Made by a program: the position numbers and the translations under genes
The notes under the pieces: model-generated
Database searches by the model: none
What the model saw: only the letters and a program-made list of their open reading frames with translations
Told to the model about the DNA's origin: nothing
Shown: positions 1 through 10,000 of the stretch, in pieces
Layout of the letters: each line of letters begins with the position of its first letter
Position numbering within the stretch: the first letter of the stretch is position 1
Assembly: GCA_043228905.1 (NCBI GenBank)
Contig: JBHGNT010000762.1
Span: 1-16,080 of the forward strand
Direction of reading: 5' to 3'
Source of the DNA: Azolla caroliniana
Taxonomy: Eukaryota > Plantae > Polypodiophyta
Length of the DNA: 16,080 nt

Positions 1-557
1 AAATGTGATAGTGTGCGATCTCAAACTAAAGTTATAAAAAGCTCACAACATGACAAGTAAGCTCAACATCACAAAGCGAAAACTTTACCATTGCACCATC
101 ATGCTCATGCATTTTTAATTTATCTAGGCTTTCATATTGGGGACCTCGAATGCCTCAATTCTTTCACATGTAATGTTAGTCCATCTTTATCTCTCAAACC
201 CATTGTTGTCCTTCATCTTTATTGCATGCATGGGGTGCAAATGCCTATGATGTACAAAATATTCTATCTACGTGAAGAGCTTGCTTGGTCCACCCATGTT
301 TCTGGGACATTAACATTGTTGTGCTTGCTTGTCACATATGCAAAGAAGCATTGACAATGTATTTTGTTTTGTATATACAACTTTTAACCTATTTAAATTT
401 AACTCTAGTTCTTATTTGTTTTAATATTAATTTAATTGGACCTTGATAGTATATTGTTTGACTTGATTGATATTTCCTACATGTCTTGATAAATAGTTGA
501 GTTCATGTATTTGAGAATATGGTGATTGTCATCACCAAACTTAGCTAAAAGTTTGTC

Positions 558-1099
558 TGTTATCCGTGGGACAGAATAGTAATTACCGTGTGAAAGGAAT
601 CCAGATACGAGTAGGTAAAGTAGGCAAAGATAGCCATAAAGGAGGAAGGAACGAAATATGTGCAACCGAGAGATAGACAACCGAAAACAAGGAAAGACTG
701 AAGCACGCCTAGTGGTAAATGAAAACTATAAAGCGTGGATCATAAACAAAAGAAAGGGAAGAGAAGAAACCACCTGATTAGCTTAGCGAAATAGTACTAA
801 GATACGTAGAGTACTGACTGTATCTTCTGATTGTAACTTCGGCTATGAGCCGTGTAATACCGTTTTGAACTACGTAATACATATAAGTTGTGGGTCATAA
901 TTGTTTCAGTATAATTTGCATCTCTAAATCGTAATATCATGTACTAGGATTTTATTTCACGGTTGTTTGATGCTGACTGTTTTCTTTGGAATTGTCGAGC
1001 AAAATTTCTCATCGTGTTTCCACCTCGTACCACAGTTCCCTGACCCGATTACCATAGGAGTAATCGAAGGTGTTGTTTTTGAGAAGAAAGGAGACAACA
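558..1099 (+). repeat. 5' LTR of element A (~542 bp)
   Basis: Starts TGTTATC, ends GACAACA (6/7 inverted match); PBS follows 5 nt later. No partner LTR in the window, so the boundaries are inferred. Confidence 0.65.
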
Positions 1100-1104
1100 C
1101 AATT

Positions 1105-1117
1105 TGGCACGCCCGGT
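1105..1117 (+). other. Primer binding site of element A, probably tRNA-Arg
   Basis: TGGCACGCCCGGT just after the LTR end, resembling the TGGCACGCCC-type Arg PBS of plant non-chromovirus Gypsy elements. tRNA identity is from recall, not a search. Confidence 0.7.
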
Positions 1118-1415
1118 TCACATTGTGCATCACATCGAACAATGGCGGTGGATACCCCCAACAACCATTACGACGCCCGACCGTCTTACTCGCTCGCGGC
1201 TCCCATCCCGCTGCACTGAGCCAGCCAAGGATACTCGGAATCGCACACAACACGCATCACTAGAACCCCCGGAATCGCACTCCTTGCAAGTCATCCTTGA
1301 TAAACAATCACATATCGGGCCCGATCTCACCACTCCTCCGAGTTCTCCAGAAGTCACTCAACAATCCGAGTTTAACCCCTTCTCGGCTCTACTGAAAGAC
1401 CCAAATTTCGACACA

Positions 1416-2800
1416 ATGTCGTACCCCTATACACGTTACATGGACGGTCCCGATGCAGAATCCCACATCCGCTCCTTTCTCTCCAATGGCAAGCCAACCA
1501 TTCTACGCAGTGCCTCACCGCTGTGGAGGTCGCTGCCTCCAAAATCGCGGAATTCACCCTTTCTCTAGACGGCCCGGATGCACGATGGTATTCTCGAAAC
1601 GATCCTGGGGAGTTCATCACATTCCAAGATGTCCGCTCCCGGTTTCTGGAGTTATTCCACTAGGAGATCCCTAAGTGCAAACTGGTCCGCCGGTTCTATA
1701 CCATTGCCTAGGACCCTAATGAAACGGTTTCTCAGTTCACCCTTTGATTTCAAGACCTTTACCGGAAACTGGCACAGGACGTGTCAGCAAATCATCTAAA
1801 AGATATGTTCCTTGCCGGACTCCGGGAGCAGTTGCGCACGACATTGGCTCTTATGGACTTTTAACAACAAACTATCGAGCAAGTAGTCGCTCATGTTCTC
1901 GCTTTAGATAGGGCTCATCATAACAATTCTTTCTCCATGGGCACGCTCCAAACCGCCTTGCCAACAACCGAGGAAACCCAATTTTGGCAAGCATTGCAAT
2001 GCACGGCTTGTGCCAAGTCCGGTCACTCGGCTATCAATTGCCCTCTACGGCTACACTGTCCTATCTACCATTCTAGAGTACATATGGTTGAGCAATGCAA
2101 GTACAACATGCTCAACTGCACTAACTCGGCTCCGGTACATCAAATTGAGCGACGCCCCGATCGTTCACAACAGGAAGAGTGATCACCACCACGGAATAGA
2201 GATGGTGAACGGCCATGGGAGGATGATCGGCTTCACCGCAATGATGGCTACCACCCTGAACCGGATCGCTATCACTGGGATCACCACTACCGACCGGAGC
2301 CACTGGGCTATCATAATCGGCCACAACACGCGGATGATTGTTTGCGTTATTGTGACGAGCGCTATTATCCGGAGGACCACTATTACCGAGATGACTACAA
2401 CCGAGAAGACTATTACGAACCACAATATCCATGGCACGATCGACGGCCCCCACATCATAATCGTTGCTTCCGACCTTCAGGGAATAATTGATGACCCTTC
2501 GACAATCGTCGCCGAGACCCTCTGCGCACCGAATAATCGGCGGCCTCCCCAATCCGAGCCTCGTGAAAACCCTCCGTAGTCCTATTTCCCGCCGGCTCGA
2601 GAAGATCAACCACAACACCAGTACAACCTCAATTCGAGCAAGGAGAGCCCAACAACTCGGCCACAATAACATGCTTCAACTGTAATCAACTAGGTCACTA
2701 TGCCACTCAATGTGTGACCAACAATCGAGGTAAAGCAACGGCCGTAAACATGATTACGGTTGATGTCCAGCAGGTCACCACCTGAAGTAAGGCCCAACAA
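1416..2800 (+). pseudogene. gag: gag pseudogene of element A (Retrotrans_gag domain plus three zinc knuckles)
   Basis: MSYPYTRY..., one frameshift near 1483, then one frame reading LDGPDARWY...RFLELF...ETVSQF...FLAGL. Knuckles CTACAKSGHSAINC (2000-2041), CPIYHSRVHMVEQC (2057-2098, one Cys lost) and CFNCNQLGHYATQC (2672-2713). Many in-frame stops. Confidence 0.85.
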
Positions 2801-3020
2801 TGTCAGGAATAGTACTGAGACCAAGAAGAAATTAGTACTAAGAGAGGAATATTAGTACTAAGAGGAATAGAGGGTGTAGAACACCCGAGAGAAGGAGAGA
2901 GAGAGAGAGAGAAAATAATGATGACAGCGATATATTATGTGAGAAGAATATACAAGGAAGGCTAGGAGGCTTAAGATTGGCGTTGAACCGATTTGGTTCG
3001 AAATAATGCCTTGTGCCTCC

Positions 3021-3066
3021 TTTTATAGTGTTCTCAAGAGTAGTCCTGAAGCTTCTAGAATGTTCC
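3021..3066 (-). promoter_or_regulatory. TATA box and heat-shock element in LTR B
   Basis: tGAAgcTTCtaGAAtgTTCc (3047-3066) is four perfect alternating nGAAn units, about 20 bp upstream of minus-strand TATAAAA (3021-3027). Confidence 0.7.
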
Positions 3067-3142
3067 AGAGAAATCTGGAATATACATTAATTTTCTATAG
3101 TAAAACTTAAATAAAAATAATATTTTTATGTGTTATAATAGA

Positions 3143-3205
3143 TAGTGTAATGGTCAAGAGCTCGACCCATGTAACATAAGGTCATGGGTTCGAGTCTTGC
3201 CATAT
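3143..3205 (+). promoter_or_regulatory. tRNA-like Pol III A-box/B-box cassette in U3 of LTR B, antisense to the element
   Basis: A box TAGTGTAATGG (3143-3153) and B box GGTTCGAGTC (3187-3196); T8-to-G53 distance is 45 nt as in tRNA genes. No intact cloverleaf. Confidence 0.6.
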
Positions 3206-3212
3206 CCTGACA

Positions 3213-3225
3213 CTATCCCCCTTTT
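3213..3225 (-). other. Polypurine tract of element B
   Basis: Minus strand AAAAGGGGGATAG directly before the TG of the 3' LTR. Confidence 0.85.
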
Positions 3226-3273
3226 AAAACGACGAGTGTCACGAGTTGTTTTGGAATGAGGACCCGGTTTATC

Positions 3274-3435
3274 TGGATATTGACGATGGAAGTCTTCAAG
3301 AAGAGCACAAGCATTGGTCACATTCTCTATTGGTTCCCAAGTATGCTCGCTCGGACTATATCCTAGCCAATCGACTAAATAGTAGAGCTTGTTGCGAACA
3401 ATCTTGGAATCGAGGATGGCGGCAACCTCATACTC
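3274..3435 (-). other. Integrase C-terminal chromodomain (classical, type I-like)
   Basis: EYEVAAILDS...YYLVDWLGYSPSEHTWEPIENV...F, with aromatic cage residues Y, W, Y retained. Confidence 0.9.
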
Positions 3436-6158
3436 AAGTCCATCTTCAAGTTCGATCGGGGGTGGAGGTTGTGGAATACGTCCTGGGATGGTGCTGTCTT
3501 GATAGGGTTTGAGGAGAGAACTATGAAACACCAGATGTATATGAAGTTGCAGGGGTAGATCGAGACGAAAAGCGACATCATTAATCTTTTTGATAATACG
3601 GAAAGGACCTAATCGCCAATAATCCAACTTCTCGCATGGGCGAGTAGTCTTGATGTGTCGTCATAGTAGCCATACCCGATCTCCAATGTTAAAACTGGAT
3701 GGAAGCCGATGACGATCCGCGTAAACCTTGTGTGTTTGTTGAGCTTGCTGTAGATGAGTAGATAAATCTGCTTGTATCTTGCGTAACCGCTCCAAACAAT
3801 CTTCTACGCAAGGATTTTTGGGTAACTCTAGGGTTTCAAATACACACCACCGGGGGTGACAACCCGTATAAGCATAAAATGGCGTAACTTGAGTCGATGA
3901 GTGGACAGATTTATTATAGGAAAATTCGACGAAGTGGAGAATATCTGCCCAATCATTCTGATGATAGCTTAGAAAGCACTGAAGATATTGCTCCAATGTT
4001 TGATTTGTTTGTTCTACTTGGCCGTCAGTTTGCGGGTGGTAGCCGGAGGAGAGGTTACAAGTGACCTTGAGTATTTTAAAAAGGTGTTTCTAGAATTTCG
4101 AGACGAACTGGGGTCCATGGTCGCTGATGATATTATCAGGAAGGTCATGATGCCAACATACTTCCCGCATGACAATTTCGGCGGTTTCTTCATTGGAGAT
4201 TCCTTAGTACATGGTAGGAAATGAGCCATCTTCGTATATCGATCTACTATTGTTAATCGCATTGAATCCCTTAGGGACTGGAAGATCTGTGATGAAATCT
4301 AGAGCAATGGATTGCCACGGCTTGCTTGGAATTGGTAATGGTTCTAATAAACCATATGGATGATGTCTTGGCATTTTTGCTCTACAACATGTATCACAAG
4401 TCTGAACAAAATCTTCGACAAATTGTCGCATACAGGGCCACCAGAATGATCATTGTACTAAATCTAATGTCTTAGTACAACCAAAATGCCCAGTTGTATA
4501 TGTGTCATGATAGTTTTGGACTACTCCAAGGCGGCAAGAACCATTAGGAACATACAAGAATTTCTTAAAGAATAGTAAACCATCATGACATTCAAATTGT
4601 CGATAGTCCGTACCTGGTGGTTGCGACTGTGAACAAGATGCTCGAGAGGGATCAATTTGTGCTAGAATGGCTTGGGCGAAAGCATCTGCCTTCAAGTCCT
4701 CACATATGGTATCGATAACGTGGGAATCCAAGGGCATGCCGAAGACCTGTGTTGCTTGCAGTTGTGCCGGTGCCAAGATTACTTGCTTTTGGTTATCGAA
4801 AGCTGGCTGGCCTGGACGCGGTGCTAGATACGAACGCCGTGATAATGCATATGCCTTCCCTTGGTGCTTCCCCAGACGATATGTAATTTTGAAGTCGAAA
4901 CACGTGAGGAATTGGGCCCACCGAGCATGACTTCGATTGAACACACGAGCACTCTGAAATTAGGCAAGGTTTTTGTGATCACTGAATACGGTGAGTTGAT
5001 GAGAGGATTGCTCTAGAAAATGCCTCCATTGCGTAAAAGAGTCCACTATTAGTAATAGCTCCTTATTATGAATTTCATAGTTTATTTCAGCGGCATCAAA
5101 CTTGCGTGAGTGGAAAGCCACATGATGTAGCTTTTCATCATTACCTTGTTGTGACAGGATACTACCCAATGCGAAATCCGACGCGTCCGCTTCCATGATG
5201 AATGGTTTTTCCGGATCAACATGGGCTAGAATAAGAGCCGATGTAAATGCCTTCTTAAGATTCTGAAAAGCCATGTTTGCTTCTTCAGACCAAACGAACG
5301 ATTGTCCCTTCTTAGTAAGTTGTGTGAGAGGTAGAACAAGCTTTGAGTAATCCTGTATAAACTTGCGGTAGAAATTGGCAAAGCCTAAAAAGCATTGCAC
5401 ATCTCGCAACAAACGCGGAGTTTGCCACTCTACCACTGTTTTGACCTTAGCTGGATCCATGGAGATGCCTTCCGAGGAGATGACATAGCCCAAAAATTCT
5501 ACTTGGTTGCACCCGAAACTACATTTTTCCAGCTTTGCATAAAGACCATATTCTCGAAGTCGTTTTAGTACTAACAGTACATGAGAATCATGCTCTTCTT
5601 GGGTCTTCGAATAAACCAGTAGATCATCCAAATAGATGATCAAACAAACATCCAAGAGATCTCGGAATATATCATTTGCCATGTGCTAGAAGACTGCTGG
5701 CGCATTAGTGAGTCCGAACGGCATGACTGTATACTCGAAGTGCCCATATCTAGTGCGAAACGCGGTCTTCCATTCATCTCCTGGTCGGATCCATACGAGG
5801 TTATATGCTCCCCCCCGTAAATCGATCTTCGTGAAGAACCTTGCACAATTGATCCGTTCTAAAAGATTTGAGATAAGGGAAAGTGCATACCTATTTCTGA
5901 TGGTGACCTTATTCAAGCCATGGTAATCTACAACGAGACGAAGTGATCCATCCTTTTTCTTGACAAAGAAAATGGGTGCGCTGGCTGGAGATTTCGAATG
6001 CCGAATGAAACCATTTTCCAAATTCTCCTCTATATAGGCTCGAAGGACTTCTAGCTCGGTTGGTGACAAATTGTAGATCGGTCCCCATGGTGGCTCTTTT
6101 CCTAGTTGTAAATCGATGCGGCAATCATACGGTCGATGGTGAGGAAGCATTGTCGCGT

Positions 6159-6615
6159 TGTTACGCGCGTGCGTGTGAAAGGGGCGGGACCACGGGGGTC
6201 TTGAATGAGGGAGAAAAGGAATGCCAAGAAAACTGACACCGGGCACTACCGGGATGTGGCCGAACACGAGAGAGAGAGAAAGGAGAGGGAGAGCATACGC
6301 GCGGCACCGACTCTTATGTACAACAAAACAAAGGAAGGGGGACTATGCACTCGACACCAACAGAGACACCATTATGCACAAACAGGTATGAGCATGTATA
6401 TTACAAGGGAAAGAATACAACCCTGGCTTGGAGCCAGACCAAGGTAAGTTACAACAATAATATGTTACCAAGCCGCCGATCGGGGAGCTCACGGGCTTGT
6501 CGCGCCGAGCGGGGTCTTGCACAGGAGACCGAGCAGAAGCAAAAACCCTAAACAAACACGAACTCTCAACCCTCACAACAAGGAGGAGGAAGAAGAAAAC
6601 CTCCCAGTTAAAACC
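6159..6615 (-). mobile_element. Orphan LTR C, left part (split by Copia D; total ~490 bp)
   Basis: B pol homology stops at 6158 where TGTTAC begins. Removing Copia D and one TSD joins this to 12024-12056, which ends CTAACA, giving TGTTA...TAACA termini. Orientation is inferred from the CT-rich tract on the minus strand. Confidence 0.65.
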
Positions 6616-7001
6616 TGTTGAGAGACAAGCTCAACATCGGCCGGATCGGCTGAAGAAGCCGAGGACCGGATCGGTTGGGACCGATCGGTTAGGCCGAGTG
6701 CATAAACCGGGAGGTCGTTAGGAAAGATATTCCGTGAGGAATATATTTGGGAGTTAGTGTAGGAGCTCTTGATGAGCATTGAAGTACTGTCAGTACTTCG
6801 GTCAGTCCTTCTAGGACTTGTATAAAAGTGCTCACTAAGCACGTCTTATGTACAGACTGAGTATTATTGTTGAATATAGTTTTTTGTGTTTCTCTCTCTG
6901 TCTCTCCTGTGTATACCGTGTAAGCTCAAGCTCTCCATTAAACCTGAGTTTCCTCTCTTCTGTTCGGTCTTCATACTTGCTTCCGCACGCTACTTTCTAC
7001 A
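6616..7001 (+). repeat. 5' LTR of Copia D
   Basis: Direct repeat of 11633-12018 with 3 substitutions seen by eye (6837, 6863, 6910); TATAAAA at 6821. Confidence 0.97.
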
Positions 7002-7013
7002 TGGTATCAAAGC
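7002..7013 (+). other. Primer binding site of Copia D (initiator tRNA-Met)
   Basis: TGGTATCAAAGC, one mismatch from the canonical TGGTATCAGAGC, directly after the LTR. Confidence 0.9.
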
Positions 7014-7085
7014 GCGAGGGTTGAGAACCTCTCTGCAGCCGACAGAGCTTGACGAAGAAGAACGAGAAGAACAATGGATAGAGGC

Positions 7086-10000
7086 ATGGCGAGCTCGCTT
7101 CCAACAGAGAAGCTTGACAGAAGCAACTACACGTCTTGGTCCTACAAGATGCACCAGTACCTGCTCGGGCACGGCTACTGGAGTTATGTCGAAGGAGCTA
7201 ATGACGCGGCACCCGAATCGACACACAGAGACTTCCCGTCGTGGGAGCAATCGGCGAGCAGGGTATTGTACTGCTTCGCGTCGTGTGTGGGCGAACAACT
7301 ATTGAGCTATGTTCGGGATGCAAAGATGCCGAAGGGTGCATGGGAAAATCTGAAGAAGATTTTCGCCACGAGCACCACAGCTAGGAAGCTTCAGCTCCGA
7401 CAGGAGTTGAGCAACCTACGACAACGCGACATGTCGGTGGCGGACTATACCTCGAAGATCAAGGATATCTGCGACTCCCTCGCCTCCATAGAGGTGAACA
7501 TCGAGGAGAGCGAGATGGTCTAGATCTGTCTCGGGGGTTTGGCGTCGAAGTTCGGAGCGTTCCGAACTGCTGTGTGTACCCGGGAGAATACACCGTCCTT
7601 TTTCGACTTACAGTCGATGCTCCTGGTAGAGGAGAACCACGCGGGTGCGTCTACAAGCACGCACGCCAACAACAGAATGCTGTACACGGAGGGAGATAGG
7701 CCCCATGGATGTGGAGGACGAGGTGAGTTGGGGCGCAATGAAGGCGGACGACGAGATCAAGGAAGAAGGCACCAAAGTGATGCCGACAGCAACTCCGGAC
7801 CCTCCGGAAACAGGGGGAGTCGAAGCGATGAGAACCGGCAAGGGAAGGCCATCGCGGAGTGCTGGTACTGTGGCAAGAAAGGCCACAGGGAAAGCGAGTG
7901 CTGGAAGAAGCGCGCTGATTTGGAGAGAACCGGTTCCGGAAACGGCTCTGGACATACCCACAAGGGAAATCGGCAGCGATCGCAATACGCCAAAGACTCC
8001 GGGAGAGCTGGAGAAGGGTTTGTCTTCGTGACGAGACACGAAGCAAACTCAATGAAACAGAGCACCCCGAGATCGGACGAGGTGTGGTACGTAGACTCCG
8101 GCGCGTCAAACCACATGACGAGCCATAAGGAGTGGTTCTTGTACCTTGAAAAACCGATACAACCTGGAGTAGTCGCAACTGGAGACGACACTCCACATCC
8201 GATCGCGAATGTCGGAGAAGTTCCCCTTAGCCATGTCGGGCAGAAAGGGAAACTCATGAACGTGCTGCACGTTCCGACAATCACGAAAAACTTGGTCTCG
8301 GTTGGACAGATCGTCGACCAAGGGATGGAGGTTCGGTTTACACACCTCGGGTGCTTCATTGAGGAAGAAGGCCGTGTGATTGCGCAAGGGCGCAGAGACG
8401 GAAGGATGTTCATCCTCGACTCCACTGACGGCGGCACCGCAATGTTCGTGAAGGGACAAAAGACCGAGTCGGACATCGACTTGTGGCACAAGCGGATAGG
8501 CCACGTCAACCACCAACGACTTCAAGATCTGCAATCGAAATAGGTAGTGTTCGGATTGCCCAAATTTAGTGGCCGAAAGGCACAAATTTGTGAAGCCTGC
8601 CAGCTCGGGAAGCAACACCGACTTCCCTTCCCCAACGAGCGAAACCGGAGACGGAACAAACTCGACCTTATACACTCCGATGTGTGGGGGCCGGCACAAA
8701 ACGTTACTCTTGGCGGGAGCCGATATTTCGTCTCCTTCATCGACGACCAGTTGTGGAAGCGGCACGGGCAATGCTGGAGGAGAAGAGCTTGCCCAAGTTC
8801 TATTGGGCCGAGGCGGTAAGGACCGCGGTATACATCCAGAACCGGATTGGAGACAAAGTGTCGGCGCACGACCTATATTTCGGAACGAAGCCGAACTTGT
8901 GACACTTGAGGGTGTTCGGTAGCATTGCGTATGTGCATATACCGAAGGAGAAAAGGAGGAAGCTGGACGCAAAGGCCGAGAAATGCATCTTGGTCGGTTA
9001 CTCGGACGAGTAGAAGGGTTATAAGTGCTATAACCCTCGCACCAAACAAGCACGTGTCAGCCGCGACGTTGTGTTTGACGAGTCCGCGTCCTGGTACCTG
9101 CCCCCGACTACGAACCTCGACTCCAATCCGAGCTCTGACGATGAGGTTAGCGAGGCCGAAATGCCTCCGAATGAGTCCGAAATCGAGACCCGCGAAGAGA
9201 CTCCGATTTCACTCCGGTTAAGTGGACCGATTGGACGACTGAGTCCGTACGACCAGTCCGATGAAGAGCCGGCGAGTAGTGGAGACTCGGCCGTGCATTC
9301 CCCGCGCAGGAAGCCGAGGAGACGGCTTACGCGCAAAGAGAAAGGGAAGAAGAAGGTGTCGGATTCCGGCACGGATAGGAATGAGTTAGACCGACGCAAG
9401 TCCGACTCCGAGGGAACCGGTGACGGGTCTTTAAAGGTGAAGTCCGCGTCTACCGAGAAGGCCTCGACATCGGCTAATGTGAGATTACGCCGATCTACCC
9501 GCCAGAAGAACCCAGTTGTGCGGTTCGGATACAACGAGTACATGGCACATCATTATGCGTACATGACCTGTGTAGCGGAAGTGCGTGAGCCGGAGAGCTA
9601 CGCAGAAGTGGCGAAGGACGCGAATTGGTGTGCTGCGATGGAGGAAGAGATGCACGCATTGGCGGAGAACGAGACCTGGGACCTGGTTGACGCACCGAAG
9701 GGTGTGAAGCCGATCCGGTGTAGATGGGTGTACAAAGTCAAGTACAACACCGATGGCTCGGTCAATCGGTACAAGGCTCGGCTAGTGGCAAAGGGCTATG
9801 CGCAGAAACACGGCATCGACTACGATGAGACGTTTGCGCCGGTCGCGAAAATGACGACCATTCGTGTTTTGCTCGCAGTAGCCGCGGCCAAGGGGTGGCA
9901 CCTACATCAGATGGATGTAAAGAATGCGTTCCTGCAAGGTGACCTTGAGGAACAGGTGTACATGGTACAACCCCCTGGATTTCACTCTGGAACGAACTCC

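Larger units (their letters stand above)
558..2800 (+). mobile_element. Ty3/Gypsy LTR retrotransposon A (non-chromovirus type), 5' part only: LTR, PBS, decayed gag; interrupted at 2800 by element B
   Basis: LTR-like segment with TGTTATC...GACAACA ends, PBS at 1105, then retrotransposon Gag motifs and CCHC knuckles ending in VTT*(R)SK just before the LTR of B. The rest of the element is absent from the window. Confidence 0.85.
2801..3212 (-). repeat. 3' LTR of chromovirus B (412 bp)
   Basis: Perfect TGTCAGGA...TCCTGACA termini; PPT adjacent; minus-strand TATAAAA at 3021-3027 followed by a CT-rich tract; ATTAGTACTAAGAG repeated twice near 2831-2863. Flank AACAA (2796-2800) is the predicted TSD half. 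Confidence 0.9.
2801..6158 (-). mobile_element. Ty3/Gypsy chromovirus B (Tcn1-like), 5'-truncated: pol, PPT and 3' LTR
   Basis: Gypsy domain order RT-RH-IN-chromodomain on the minus strand, PPT, and an LTR with 8-bp terminal inverted repeats. gag, protease and 5' LTR are missing beyond 6158. Confidence 0.95.
3154..6158 (-). pseudogene. pol: pol pseudogene of chromovirus B (RT, RNase H, integrase, chromodomain)
   Basis: RT: [27 protein letters not shown]. RNase H: EADASDFA, ELLLI, DHKNL. IN: H..H/CDTC zinc finger, IALDFIT, YHPQTDGQ, GPF motif. Several in-frame stops and two mutually compensating frameshifts near 4258 and 4200. Confidence 0.95.

Noticed and set aside
59-70. 12-nt match AAGCTCAACATC to the start of the Copia LTR
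   Set aside because: Too short, and similarity does not extend in a way that supports an LTR remnant.
1-557. 87-aa ORF and AT-rich flank
   Set aside because: No ATG at the called start, no recognisable motifs and no structure I can support.
706-718. A-box-like CGCCTAGTGGTAA in LTR A
   Set aside because: No B box at the expected distance.
2010-2672. Overlapping 189-aa, 183-aa and hydrophobic 91-aa ORFs
   Set aside because: Alternate frames of the low-complexity Gag spacer; the stop-interrupted frame carries the knuckles.
3136-3208. Functional tRNA gene
   Set aside because: Acceptor, D and anticodon stems do not pair properly; only the promoter boxes and a wobble T-arm remain.
6159-6267. 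N-terminus of the 193-aa RT ORF as a real start
   Set aside because: It is read-in from LTR C; pol homology begins at 6158.
7521-7523. Programmed stop-codon readthrough in gag
   Set aside because: The stop lies mid-Gag and matches CAG>TAG decay like the other three stops.
7608-9053. Long antisense ORFs (250 aa, 315 aa) over Copia gag-pol
   Set aside because: Shadow frames of a GC-rich coding region with no recognisable motifs.
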